Part shown: in pieces, positions 1 through 13,150 of the stretch
Position numbering within the stretch: position 1 is the first letter of the stretch
Layout of the letters: each line of letters starts with the position of its first letter
NCBI RefSeq assembly: GCF_963921235.1
Contig: NC_086097.1
Location: forward strand, 63,986,001-64,050,000
Length of the DNA: 64,000 nt
Reading direction: 5' to 3'
Origin: Mobula hypostoma
Taxonomy: Eukaryota
The notes under the pieces: generated by a model
Database searches by the model: none
What the model was told of the DNA's origin: nothing
Seen by the model: only the letters and a program-made list of their open reading frames with translations
Program-made: the position numbers and the translations under genes

Positions 1-456
1 GGAATAAATGTAGAACGTCACTGTCACTATAAAACTTCAGTAACTTGTCTTTCTGTTTATTTAAATCATATACAGTGGTAGTTCCGACACTATTTTCTTC
101 AGTAAGACGCCGCGCAGACACACCACTATCAAGCTTCTGCAATAACTCCACTTTCTGCGTTATTGATAGAGAAGATTCCTTCTCTTTTTCTCATTGTTAC
201 CCATGGGGGTATCTGCAGCTCTTTTTGACATTTTTTCACAGTGAAATTAAACACAAAGTCAACAGTGAACACAAAATATCAGCAACCAGCAAATGCACTT
301 GTAACCAGTATGAGCGCTGAGCCACAACTGACATCTGGTGGCCTCTGCTAGTGCTGCCACGTCACACCTGAGTGATGTCAGCTGTTGGCGAAAAAAACTT
401 CGGTTTTCGGAGCTTTTTAAATTTCAGAATTTTGGATAAAGGAATGTGCACCTGTA
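1..456. mobile_element. End of a pogo/Tigger-like DNA transposon remnant
   Basis: Ends ...ttttggataaaggaatgtgcacctgTA; the reverse complement TA-caggtgcacattcctttatccaaaa resembles Tigger-type TIRs. Confidence 0.45.
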
Positions 457-576
457 GTAAGTTCTTTGAGCCAAGTTGAGAAAGGCACACATAAATGTAA
501 ACACACACTACAGTTAAAATAGACATCAACATTCAATTCTATATGGTGCCTAGGAAATACTATAAAGTAAAGGACA

Positions 577-765
577 GAGTTTCTCCCCACACCTTGTTTG
601 GCACATCAAACAGCAACCTTGCTGTTTCTTTAGCGTTTTGTCTGGTTTACGAGGCTGAGTTGCTGGCTGGACACTCAACACCGCACCGATGGAGAGCATG
701 CAAGGAGTCAGCCGGATTTGAACCTTGTTCCAAAGTCCGCATGCTAATACCACTGCACCACCGGC
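577..765 (-). mobile_element. Old tRNA-derived SINE
   Basis: Minus strand gccggtggtgcagtgg (A box) ... ggttcaaatcc (B box) ... gttgagtgtccagccagcaactcagcctcgtaaa, a core shared with the SINE at 37754. Confidence 0.65.
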
Positions 766-1475
766 ACAGGCTGGAAATACTATATGTCTAATTTATACTG
801 TATAGAGAAAAATACTTTAACAGATAATTTCAGTTGCTGTATTCAGTATGGTGTATGTGGTTTATTTGTGTCCAAATATCCGGACCTGCCTCTCGGTTTT
901 TTTGCACTACCTTACTTTCCATTTTTCTATTTTCTACTTATGATTTAGAATTTAAAATTTTAATATTTACTAATTTTTACTATTTTTACTATTTTTAATA
1001 TTTAATATTTGTAACCCAGGGAGTGGGAAGCGCAGAATCAAATATCGCTGTGATGTTTGTACGTTCTAGTATCAATAGTTTGGCGACAATAAAGTATAAA
1101 GTTTTATATGGGGTTGTACTCTTTCCAACAATCATCTATTGAATCAATTCTTAACTTGGATGCTGTTGCATATTAATTAGGCAAGCTAGACAGTTAAGAA
1201 CTACAGAGAGGTTAACAATGAGGTGTAGACTAGTGAAATTCCGTCAAGGGGTTACAGGTCTGTTAAGCAGCGTAGACAGTTTAAAATAGTTTGACCAGTG
1301 GGATGAAAGAAAGCTCTGCATTCCAGCCACGTGCAGAGTTGTGAATGGCAGGAGACGGTTGTGCAGAAGAAGAGAGAGCATCAAAGGAAAGAATAGTGAA
1401 TATGTTCATGCAACTTGAACACATCCCCATTCCTTAATCATTGTTAGATCCAAATCCTGGAACTCGATACCAACA

Positions 1476-1669
1476 CACATCAAAGTTGCTGGTGAACGCA
1501 GCAGGCCAGGCAGCATCTCTAGGAAGAGGTACTGTCGACATTTCGAGCAAGGGTCTTGGCCTGAAACGTCGACTGTACCTCTTCCTAGAGATGCTGCCTG
1601 GCCTGCTGTGTTAACCAGCAACTTTTATGTGTGTTGCTTGAAATTCCAGCATCTGCAGATTTCCTCGTG
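1476..1669 (+). mobile_element. Penelope-like terminal-repeat insertion with 5' inversion (fold-back)
   Basis: Inverted arms 1471-1544 and 1563-1636; 14-bp TSD ACTCGATACCAACA at 1462-1475 and 1670-1683; same sequence as the Penelope tail at 55340-55464. Confidence 0.8.
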
Positions 1670-1967
1670 ACTCGATACCAACAGCATTGTTTGAATACCT
1701 TCAGAAAGGAACTACAGTGATTAAGTATGGCAGCTCACCATTACCTTTTTGAGGGAAGTTGGAGATTGATGATATATGTTGGCCTTGCTTGTAGTATCCT
1801 TATCTTAAACATTGAGTAAATTTAATTGCTGTACTTTAAAATATATTTAAGTTATGGGCACTCTCACACTTGACTAAAGAAATCAGGCAGTAATTATTAT
1901 TAAGGGAATGCTCTCAACATTTTTTCCAGCATCTTTCAAGACATGGGTCATTAGAAGTCACCTATCA

Positions 1968-4634
1968 CAGCCTCCTGGTGAGGTTGAGATGGCATGCTAA
2001 TCGACCACCGCTCCCTAGCACACTCCTGGCTAACATTCAGTCCCTGGACAATAAGCTGTGCAAACCGTCGACCAGTGGGAAACAAAGGAATGTAATGTTT
2101 TGTGCTTCATGGAGACCTGGCTGATGGAGGAGATGGTGGATCACACCATCGAGCCTTTTCTGGGCGAACAGGGCTAAAAACCTCTCTGGGAAAAGTAAAG
2201 GAGATGGGGTATGCTTCATGGTCAATAATGCTTGGTGCAAGCCCCCAGAATATATATATGTCCTCAAATCCTTTTGTTTCCCAGATCTGGAGTACCTTGT
2301 GCTGCTGTGCAGACCTTTCTGGCTGCCTAGGGAGTTTACGGCTGTTATTATCACAGCTGTGTATATTCCACCACAGGCTGATACCAACCTGGCTCTCAAG
2401 GAACTCTACGAGACCGTCAGCACCCTGGAGTCTGCACACCCAGAGGCTGCCTTCATCATCGCCCGTGACTTTAATAGAGCATCGCTGACTAAAGTCTCTC
2501 CGAAGTGTCTCCACATCCAGGTGAGCAAAAGGTGAGGTAGCATACTCGACCACTGCTACTCTCCCTTCCATAACACTTACAAAGCACTCCTCCGCCCGCC
2601 GTTTGGAAAGTCAGATCACTCCTCCATCTTGCTTCTGCCGATGTACAGGCAGAACCTGAAACAGGAGGCGGCCATAGTTAAAACCTTGCACTGTTGGTCC
2701 GACCAATCGGTCTCCATGCGACAGGACTGTTTTGATGACATCAACTGGAATGTCTTCCATGATGAGCATGTCTCCAAGTTCACAGATGGGGTCACGAGCC
2801 TCATCTGGAAGTGTATCAAGGATGTTGTCCCCCAGAAATCGGTCAGGGTCTACGCAAACCAGAAACCCTGGATCAGCAGTTCCGTGCGAGCAGCACTCAC
2901 CACGCGAGACAGAGCTTTCGCTGCCGGCGACCACCAGGAACTCAAAAAATGCAGCTATGATGTGCAAAGTCATCAAGGCAGTGAAACAATAATACAGGGA
3001 CAAGATCCAGACACAATTCTCCACCAACAACACACACAGCTTACAGCAAGGTCTGCACACCATTGCAGACTTGAAAGCTAAGCGCAGTGTTGCTGCCTCT
3101 CTCCCAGATGAGCTAAATCGATTCAATATCGCCAACACTGAGCCCCCAAGGAGAGCAGCTGAAGTGACCTGCACCTTAGTCACCTGTGACGCTGAAGTAG
3201 GCAGGTGTTTCCAATGAGCGGACAGTCACAAGGCTACGGGATTGGACAGCATCCCACAGCGGGTACTCAGGATGTGCGCAGCACAACTGGCAGGTGTGTT
3301 TACAGACATTTTTAATCTCTCCCTCTCCCAGTGTAATTTCCATCCTGCTTCAAAACATCCACCATTGTCCCTGTACCTAAAAAGACCAAGGTAACATGTC
3401 TGAACGACTGGCGTCCTGTCACACTCACCTCAATAATAAGCAAATGCTTTGAGAGGCTGGTCAAGGACTACATCTGCAGCATGCTGCCACCCACACTGGA
3501 TCCCCTACAATTCACCTGCCGACCCAACCGATCGACAGATGACGCAATAGCCACAGCTCTACACATCGTCCTTACGCATCTGAAGAGGGATGCTGATGTG
3601 AGAATGCTGTTCTTGGGCTACAGTTCAGCATTCAACACCATAATTCCCTCCAGGCCCAACAAGAAGCTCAGAGACCTCGGCCTTCACCCTGCCTTGTGCA
3701 GCTGGATCCTGGACTTCCTGTCAGATCACCAGCAGGTTGTAAGAGTGGGCTCCCTCACCTCCATCCTTCTGACTCTCAACACAGGAGCCCCTCAGGGCTG
3801 TGTCCTAAGTCCCCACCTTTACTCTCTGTATACCCATGACTGTGTCACCACCCACAGCTCCAATCTGCTAATTAAATTTGCTGACGACACTACACTGATT
3901 GGCCTTATCTCAAATAATAAAGAGACAGCCTACAGACAAGAAGTCATCACCCTGACACAGTGGTGTCAAGAAAAGAACCTCTCCCTCAATGTCGCAAAAA
4001 CAAAGGAGCTGGTTGTGGACTTCTGGAGGAATGGAGACAGGCTAACCCCTATTGACATCAATGGACCTGGGATTGAGAGGGTGAACAGCTTTAAGTTCTT
4101 CGGCATACACACCACTGAGGATCTCACGTGGTTTTCCCCAAGTCCTAAGGAATTTCTACTGGGCCACAATTGAGCATCCTGACTGGCTGCATCACTGCCT
4201 GGTATGGGAACTGTACTTCCCTCAATCGCAGGACTTTGCAGAGAGTGGTGCGGACAGCCCAGCACATTTGTAGATGTGAACTTCCTACTATTCAGGACAT
4301 TTACAGAGCCAGGTGCGTAAAAGGGCCCGAAGGATCATTGGGGACCCGAGTCACGCCAACTACAAACTGTTCCAGCTGCTACCATCCAGAAAACGGTACC
4401 TCAGCATTAAAGCCAGGACCAACAGGCTGCGGGACAACTTCTTCCACCAGGCCATCAGACTGATCAATTCACACTGATACAATTGTATTTCTATGTTGTA
4501 TTGATTGTCCTGTTGTACACACTATTTATTATAAATTACTATAAATTGTACATTGCACATTTAGACGGAGATGTAACATAAAGATTTTTACTTGTGTATC
4601 TGAAGGATGTAAGAAATAAAGTTAATTCAATTCA
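1968..4634 (+). mobile_element. Rex1/Babar-type LINE, degenerate EN + RT
   Basis: Frameshifted ORFs: EN (LLCRPFWLPREFTAVIITAVYIPPQA) and RT ([28 protein letters not shown]); 3' UTR ends aataaagttaattcaattca. Confidence 0.85.
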
Positions 4635-4727
4635 TGATGTTTTCTGGCCTATTTGAACCTGTGTTGTACTGTCATTTCAATTATAGCATATTTTTTCCAA
4701 TTTAAATGTCTGTTACTTTTTGCATGT

Positions 4728-5550
4728 GCAGTTAATTTGGACACATTGGGAGCAGAATATTTTGACCCAATTAAGTGGCTGCTCCAATTTGCCAAAGTTT
4801 CATGGAAATAGTCGAAAAGGTATTTTTTTAAAAAAGACAAACTACAATTTAACTAACAAATCATGTATTTGAGTGAAATATAGAACAAATTAGAACACTA
4901 CCAATACTACTACAGTACTATAAAGCTGTGTATGAATTCCTAATAATTACCAACGCGGGAATTCATCCTATGTACACTACCATTTTCTTTTTATTTTCTG
5001 TAAATGAACAAAATCAGTGCAGACTCTTTAGTGCAGATAATGGACTGCCTTCATACAATGCTTTGGCAACTGCATCCTCCAAATCTTCATTTCATTGTAA
5101 CATTCAAGATGATTGTCAATACCTTCAAATTCTTCATAGTTTCTAATTTGTTGTAGTAGTGAAATCATTTCATTTTCACACCCAGCCATTTCTGGCAACT
5201 CCATGCCTTGAATGCTTGAAACCGCAGTGAGTAGAACAGTTTTGAGTTGTCTTGCTGCTTATTTCTTGCCAAATATCAGTGACAAAAATCACTGGTTTTT
5301 AAACACAAACATGTGGAACTGATGCTATTTTAAAAGCTATTCGCTGTAAGCACGGTTTAGTGTCCCATAGCCACTCAAGTGCATGCAACTGTTTGGCAAC
5401 AGTTTCCTGCCCCAATTAACAAGCATAGTGTCCCAAAAAAGTGAAGGGTGTCCTGACCTTTTTCTCAGTTGATTCCTGCTCTTTAAGAGTTGTCCCAAAT
5501 GAGCAGCTGCCCCGATTAACCAATGGCCCAATTAACCAGAATCCACTGTA
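4728..5550. mobile_element. pogo/Tigger-like non-autonomous DNA transposon
   Basis: Right end ...cccaattaaccagaatccactgTA with repeated cccaattaa subterminal motifs; degenerate left end gttaatttggaca...cccaattaag. Confidence 0.55.
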
Positions 5551-6944
5551 CGTGATTAGCTAAGGTGATGTTCAGTTGTCTTAGCCATGACTGATTTCTT
5601 TATTAATTTAGTTTAGTGTATTGTCAAATCAGTGTTGTTTTATACCATTGAAATGTGTCACATGTACTTTGGAATAGCCTTTATTAGCACATTTAGAATG
5701 AGTCATGTTACTTGCTTGGTAATACCCTACCTTTTGAACTTAAAGTGCGTAATAGACAGAAAGAAAGCACAGGATGATTCACTGTTTTATCAGGGCTTAG
5801 GAATCTTGATTTAGAAAATCCAGAGAGGAAAAAAATTTGGGTGTGTAGTCCATATCTTGTGACAAAACTAATTTATACACACTGCTTAAAATAACTTGTG
5901 TTGAAAAAACCATTATTACACAATTAACTTAAATTTATCATGTGCTTCATAATTGATTAATATTAAGAGCTCTATGCATTGTTGACATCTTCAGTGCTTT
6001 TATTCTGGTGTTTAAATTTTGGCAGTCAGGTTTTTATCTATTCATAGCATTGAACTTTAATAAGAATCACATATAGTAACAACAATTCTCTGTTACTTTA
6101 AATCTAGTTATGGTCCTCCTTGATCTCCATGCAATTTTTGCCAGCATCATTGATTGCCTTGTCTTACATTTCAATTGTGCATCTTAATGGAACTGCATTT
6201 GCACAGATTAACTTGCATTGAGTGTCTAAATTAGAAGGAGACATATCAGATTTTGAACTAATCTGTGAGTGTCCGCATAAGTCTTCTCCCGTTCTTCTTC
6301 ACCAAACACATCAGGAATATCTTTCTGTTTCATTCCTCTATCTATCAATCTTTGCCTTTCATCAATATTATTTACCTCTGCCATTACTATGAACATCAAT
6401 TCCACTTGATTTAGAGGTTCCATGTAAGAGCGAATTTCATTTTCTTAGAATTCTTTTAATAAAGAAAACTCTTCAATATTCCCTGGCAGATTTGTTAGTG
6501 ACTTCCTCACATTGAAGTTTTAACTTCAAAATAGAAACAATTTCTCCAGCCTTGGATCCAATAGCATTGTGGCACAATGTACATACAGTATAAGCTCACT
6601 GGATAGTGTTTGGAAAAAAAATACTGGAAATATAAATAGGGCAGCATTTGTGGAGGGCGAACAAGAGTGTCAGGTCAGAACCCTTTCTTCTGTTACTGAT
6701 TTGCATTTTTAAACTGTTTTTCTCTTTATGATGCTTTTTTTTAATAACACCATACAAACCATTCCATTCACTTCAGCAGCCAAGAGGAAAGCACACAACT
6801 GTCTGTACCACATTTGTTGATTCCTCTACTCTTTTTGTTGTTAGATAATTTGCCTTAAGATTCCATTTTTGATTGCATTTTATTTTCTGGACGGTATGCA
6901 TTGCAACGAAGTGTGTTCGAGAAAAATAAAGTAAATATTTAGGC

Positions 6945-7315
6945 TAGGGTATCCAAACAGGCAAACAGGTGCTGGTGGGTGCTTGAATATTACTGGAACT
7001 GGAAGATTTGAGTGAGCGGAGCAGCGCGTACTGTGTCAAACTCTCTTGACCTGTGCTTTGCAGATGATGAATTGCCCTTGGGATTTTCCACCATATGAGA
7101 ACTAAGGCTTTGACCTGCCACAGTAGCTGGCAGGTTGAGTTTTTACTATCATGGACAGTATTGGCTTTCTCACAAATCTGTCTGAATTTATCCTTCTCCA
7201 TTGCCACAGAGAGGCCAAACTCTGTTTGGAAGAACCAACATTTCATATTCCACTTGGGTCGCTTACAACCTTTTGCCTCAATGGATGCTGCTTGATCTGC
7301 TGAGTTCTGCATTTT
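6945..7315 (+). mobile_element. Old Penelope 3' fragment
   Basis: ttggaagaaccaacatttcatattccacttgggtcgcttacaacc and gatgctgcttgatctgctgagttc resemble the copies at 45830 and 54960. Confidence 0.5.
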
Positions 7316-7655
7316 TTAATGAGTTTAGTGCTGGGACATTTCCCTGAAGATCTCTTGCAGCACTATTCTGAGACTGGTATGATTGACCTGCAGCATCCAG
7401 AACCTCCACCTTTTATGCAGGGTAGAATTCCAGTCATTAGGTGTTTCCCCTCAATGTTCATTCACTTTGATCTCAGTATGGCCCCTTGATGCAGACTCTA
7501 CTAAATACTGTCTTTGTCAAGGTCAGTCATTGTTGTCTCCATTTCTGAAATTAGCTCTTTTGGTCTGTGTTTGGACTAAGGTTACAATGAGGCTTGGATT
7601 CAATTAGTCCTGGAAAACTCAAACTGGGGACCAATAAGCAAGTTGTTAGTGAGTA

Positions 7656-8130
7656 CGAGGGGTAATTGATAAGTTCGTGACCTGAGGTAGAAGGAGTTAA
7701 TTCTAGAAAACCTAGCACATTTATTTTTCCTACATTTACACACTTAGTCCAACAGTCGTGGAGCATACGGATCCCTTCTTTGTGGAAGTTGGCGCCTTGA
7801 ACCTCCAGAAGTGGTCCACAGCAGGGGTGATTGATAAGTTCGTGGCCTACGGTATAAGGGAATGAGTTATTAACTTCAAACTTTCTGCATTTTTCACTCA
7901 AAGAATGAAACTGCATGTGCATATAACAAGAGCTGTAATAAATCATCTCCTTCTACCTTAGGCCATGAACTTATCAATCACCGCTGCTACAAAGAAGGGA
8001 TCTGTATGCTCCATGGCTGCTAGACTAAGTGTGTACATGTAGGAGGGGACTATGTTGAAAAATAAATGTGCTAGGTTTTCTAAAATTGACTCCTTCTACC
8101 TTAGGCCACAAACTTATCAATCACCCACCG
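7656..8130. mobile_element. Tc1/mariner MITE with four TIR copies
   Basis: TA at 7654-55 and 8131-32; left end cgaggggtaattgataagttcgtg, right end cacaaacttatcaatcacccaccg; inner copies at about 7821-7860 and 7946-7988. Confidence 0.8.
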
Positions 8131-8136
8131 TAAATG

Positions 8137-8830
8137 CTATTTTGTAGCATTGTTGCCAATAATTGTGTAGTAACCAACTGGATTGGAATTGTCCTGAATA
8201 TTGTGAACAGGACATACCTTGGTATTTTTCCACTGTTTAAAGATACACCAGTGGAATAGCACAGCTAGTTTTGGGGCATAGCTCTTAAGAACTGCAGCTA
8301 GAATGTTGTCTGGTCCCATAAGCTTTGCTGCATCCAATGTTCTACTTTCAGTTTTAATAGCGTGTGAAACAATTGGGTTTGCTGAAGGCTGGCTAGGTGA
8401 GGATCTTGGGAAGAACCCATGTTGGAGCATCCACAGAGCACATCTAGCTGAACACGATTGTAAATGCTTCCACCTTGCTTTATGCACTCACATTATGGCC
8501 TAAGCTGATTGACCCGGTGCCATTGTAGACAGGAGTTGTAATATGATCTGCTGTTCATGGGAGTGCTTAGTTTATTATATTCCGGTCTGCTTTTGTTCCT
8601 TACAATTCACGTAGTCCCAGATTGGAACTTGGATAATTTGAGGCTTTTTGTAACACAGCCTGATACAGTGCTTGCTCTTCTGCACCTCACACTAACCAGG
8701 ATTAACTTCTTGGCCTGATTGCAATGATAGTGAGGGAAATGCCAGGCCAAGGGGTTACAGCTCAATGTAGGATATAAATTTGCTGGTCCATAGCATTTCA
8801 TGAATTCTCACTTTTGAGCTGTCAGATCTG
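8137..8830 (-). mobile_element. Old CR1/L2-group LINE fragment
   Basis: Minus ORF LDAAKLMGPDNILAAVLKSYAPKL...KVCPVH..DNSNPVGY resembles the RT N-terminal region. Confidence 0.55.
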
Positions 8831-10082
8831 TTTTGAATCAGATTGTGCATTCAGAATGCAGAAAGAAATGTGAAGATCACAAAGTATTTGAACATGATAA
8901 TAATTTTAAATCGAAGCTGATAAGGGACCTGATCTGGTTAATCCTAATTAGCACTATTATAGTGATACATGTTACAATGGGGATGTCATCACTCTTAAGC
9001 CCAAGGACATTTGGTGTCATCTAGCCTTTGCTGCCCAATCTTAACCTACATCTAGTCAAATTCACATATCAATAATAAGGTTACTGTTATATTGTTCCCC
9101 AGCATCTTCAATTTAAGATTCCATCATGCTCAAGTCATTTTGTGATCCTAAACGTTCTCCTCTGCATAGCTTTCCATCCTTGCCCACACCCAGGAACTCA
9201 GCACTTTTCCAACCCCTTGACTTCTTGTATTGCTTCCTAGATATATGGAAGAATTTAAACTTCTCCATGGGGGGCATCAAGAACACATGTATATGTTTTC
9301 CATCGTGCATTCTGAAAATAATTCCTGATATCTGGAAAACATAATCATTCCTGGCCTCTCCATACCCAGCACATTCTTTCCCAGGCTGGAAGCCATGTCA
9401 TTTTCATCTTTTCTTTTTCTGAGACACTGAATTCAAGACTTCAGTCTGATTATCTGGTTTTCATACACAGGTTAATTACTTAGTGCCTTGTGCTTTACTC
9501 GGGTAATAGTAACTAGTCAGTAATTCACACCATTTTATAGAAAACAGCAAGACCAATCTTTTAAGTTAGCAAAATAATGAGATTGACAGACCTGCGTTCA
9601 GTTGTAATTATCTGAAGAATTTATAAACTTGATTTTTTTTATTCACCAGGAATCAATGACAATGATGGTTGAACTCCCTGAAAGATTTTTTTTCAAATTT
9701 TCATGTATGGATGTTTAGAATGCATTTAACTCTGTTTATTTGATTGCATCACCATTCATGCAAGGTTTGTATTGCTTGACTGGTATTTCCATTCTTTTAG
9801 TGATTAAAGGATACTGAATTAGGTGTTGGTTTCCCCACTTATGACTTCCAGAGGTGGGTGTATAAAAATACGTTGTAAAGATTGCATTATAGAAATTAAG
9901 AGTGAACCAAAAGCAGTTGGTGTAATGGCAATTGTGCCAATTAAATAATCTCTATTGTTAATGTATTTTGCATTATTCTCCAGCGGTTGTTGTTCCTTCT
10001 CTTTGTAACATTCACACACACTGCACTTCATATCTGTAATATCAGGCAGTAAAATTTAGTGAAATTTAATGCTTCATCCTTA

Positions 10083-11570
10083 TATAACCATATAACAATT
10101 ACAGCACGGAAACAGGCCATCTCGGCCCTTCTAGTCCGTGCCGAACACTTACTCTCACCTAGTCCCATCTACCTGCACTCAGCACATAACCCTCCATTCT
10201 TTTCCTGTCCATATACCTATCCAATTTTTTTTTAATGACATTGAACCTGTCTCTACCACTTCTACTGGAAGCTCGTTCCACACAACTACATCTGAGTAAA
10301 GAAGTTCCCCCTCGTGTTACCCCTAAACTTTTGCCCCTTAACTCTCAACTCATGTCCTCTTGTTTGAATCTCCCCCACTCTCAATAGAAAAAGCCTATCC
10401 ACGTCTACTCTATCTATCCCCCTCATAATTTTAAACATCTCTATCAAGTCCCCCCTCAATCTTCTACGCTCCAAAGAATAAAGACCTAACTTGTTCAACC
10501 TTTCTCTGTAACTTAGGTGCTGAAACCCAGGTAACATTCTAGTAAATCTTCTCCGTGCTCTCTCTATTTTGTTGACATCTTTCCTATAATTCGGTGACCA
10601 GAACTGTACACAATACTCCAAATTTGGCCTCACCAATGCCTTGTACAATTTTAACATTACATCCCAACTCCTATACTCAATGCTCTGATTTATAAAGGCC
10701 AGCATACCAAAAGCTTTCTTCACCACCCTATCCACATGAGATTCCACCTTCAGGAAACTATGCACCATTATTCCTAGATCCCTCTGTTCTACAGCATTCC
10801 TCAATGCCCTACCATTTACCATATATGTCCTATTTTGATTAGTCCTACCAAAATGTAGCACCTCACGCTTATCAGCATTAAACTCCATCTGCCATCTTTC
10901 AGCCCACTCTTCTAACTGGCCTAAATCTCTCTGCAAGCTTTGAAAACCTACTTCATTATCCACAATGCCACCTATCTTAGTATCATCTGCATACTTACTA
11001 ATCCAATTTACCACCCCGTCATCCAGATCATTAATGTATATGACAAACAACATTGGACCCAGTATAGATCCCTGAGGCACACCACTAGTCACTGGCCTCC
11101 AACCTGATAAACAGTTATCCACCACTACTCTCTGGCATCTCCCATCCAGCGACTGTTGAATCCATTTTACTACTTCAATATTAATACCTAACGATTGAAC
11201 CTTCCTAACTAACCTTGCTTGTGGAACCTTGTCAAAGGCCTTACTGAAGTCCATATAGACAACATCCACCGCTTTACCCTTGTCAATTTTCCTAGTAACC
11301 TCTTCAAAAAATTCAATAAGATTTGTCAAACATGGCCTTCCACACACAAATCCATGTTGACTGTTCCTAATCAGACCCTGTCTATCCAGATAATTATATA
11401 TACCATCTCTAAGATTATTTTCCATTAATTTACCCACCACTGACATCAAACTTACAGGCTGATAATTGCTAGGTTTACTCTTAGAACCCTTTTTAAACAA
11501 TGGAACTACATGAGCAGTACGCCAATCCTCTGGCGCCATCCCTGTTTCTAATAATATTTGAAATAGTTCT
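10083..11570 (-). mobile_element. Young 5'-truncated CR1 LINE with a 417-aa open RT frame
   Basis: PEDWRTAHVVPLFKKG, SGVPQGS, KYADDTK, RPNLEYCVQFWSP; ATATAACC-type repeat tail at the left end. Confidence 0.93.
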
Positions 11571-12376
11571 TAATATTTCTAATATTAGGAATATTATATT
11601 CTTTAATATTTCCTAATATTAAGGAATATTTGAAATATTTCTTAATCTTGACAAAGACATTAGGATTACATTGTCTTTTAAGTTTAAAGCTAAAACATAA
11701 TTTTGGAGATGATATTCTCATCACTGATAAGAAAATTGACAAACAGTAATGTGCAATCTGCAAAAAAGAAGACAAACTGTAAAGAAAACGATTGCTGAGA
11801 TCATGGGTTGCAAAGGGTCTTTGTAACTGAGTCTGTAGCTCCTAGAATTGGTTCTGAGTAGTGGTGAATGAAGTTATCCACACCACTTAAAGTGCTTGAT
11901 GACTGTAGGGTAATAACTCTTCCTGAACCTGGTTGTGTGGTACCTAAAAGGCTTCTGCACCTCCTAGAAGAGCATTCGTGAGGTCTTTGATGATGGATGC
12001 TGCATTCTTGTGGCAATTCTGTGTAAATGTACTCCATGGTGCAAAAAGAAAAGAGAAATATTAAGCAGTTTCTTAATTTTTTAAGATGAATAAGTTGCCA
12101 TACCTAGATAAAATATATCTTGGGATATTAAAAGAAGGAACTTTAACTTCACTAGTGGCAAACAATTGGAATTCATTCTAAGGACAGGATTGATCTTTCA
12201 TTTAGAAAGTTGCAGTTTAATCAGATATAGTTGGCAATAATTTATTAAAAGAACAGCATGTCTGACTAATATATAAATCCGGCTAAGGAGTTAACATTGG
12301 GCAAAAAGAGTCTAGCATTTAATGTAATTTGGATGCATTTAAACAAGGCTCTTGTAAAGCATTCATGTGGAATGTG

Positions 12377-13150
12377 TTAAAGAACGTTGTGACCTAGTGT
12401 CATGGCAACAACCTTTCCCTCAATGTCAGCAAAACAAAAGCAGTAGTTGTTGACTTCAGGAAGGAGGGCAGTGGATGTACTCCTGTTTACGTCAATGGTG
12501 CAGAAGTTGAGAGGATTGACGGCTTTAAGTTCGTAAGTGTGAATATCAGCAATAGTTTGAATAGTTTGTCCTGGTCCAACCACATTGTCACTATGGCAAA
12601 GAAAGCTCACCAGTGCCTCTACTTCCTCAGGAAGCTAAAGAAATTTGTCCTCTCCTTATTGACCCTCACTACTTTTTATCAGTGCACCATAAAAAGCATC
12701 CTGTCTGGATGCATCATAGCTCTGCTAATGACCACAAGGAACTTCAGACTTGTGGATACAGCTGAACACATTGCAGAAACCAGCTCCGCCTCCATGGACT
12801 CTGTCTATACTTTTTGCTGTCTCAGTAGAGCAGCCAGCATAATCAGAGATTTTAAGCAATCCAGATGTTCTCTCTTCTCCCCGTGCCATTGGGCAGAAGA
12901 TACGAAAACCTCAAAGCACATACCAGCAGATTCAATGTCAGCTTCTATCCTATTGAACAGTTCCCTAGACTGATAAAAGAAACACTTGACTTTATAATCT
13001 ACTTCGCTATGTCTTTGCACCTGCATTAGACTTTCTGTGTAATACTTTATTATGCACTCTTATGTTCTACCTTGTACTACCACAGCACTGTTAAAATGAA
13101 TTGATCTGAATGGGCGGTATGCAGGACAAGTTTTTCAATGTACTTTATGA
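12377..13150 (+). mobile_element. Old Rex/Babar LINE 3' fragment
   Basis: LSWSNHI...KKAHQCLYFLRKLKKF...IKSILSGCI. Confidence 0.75.

Noticed and set aside
10286..11539. 417-aa ORF as a domesticated RT gene
   Set aside because: It is a 5'-truncated CR1 copy with a normal tail and near-identical siblings; the open frame reflects youth.
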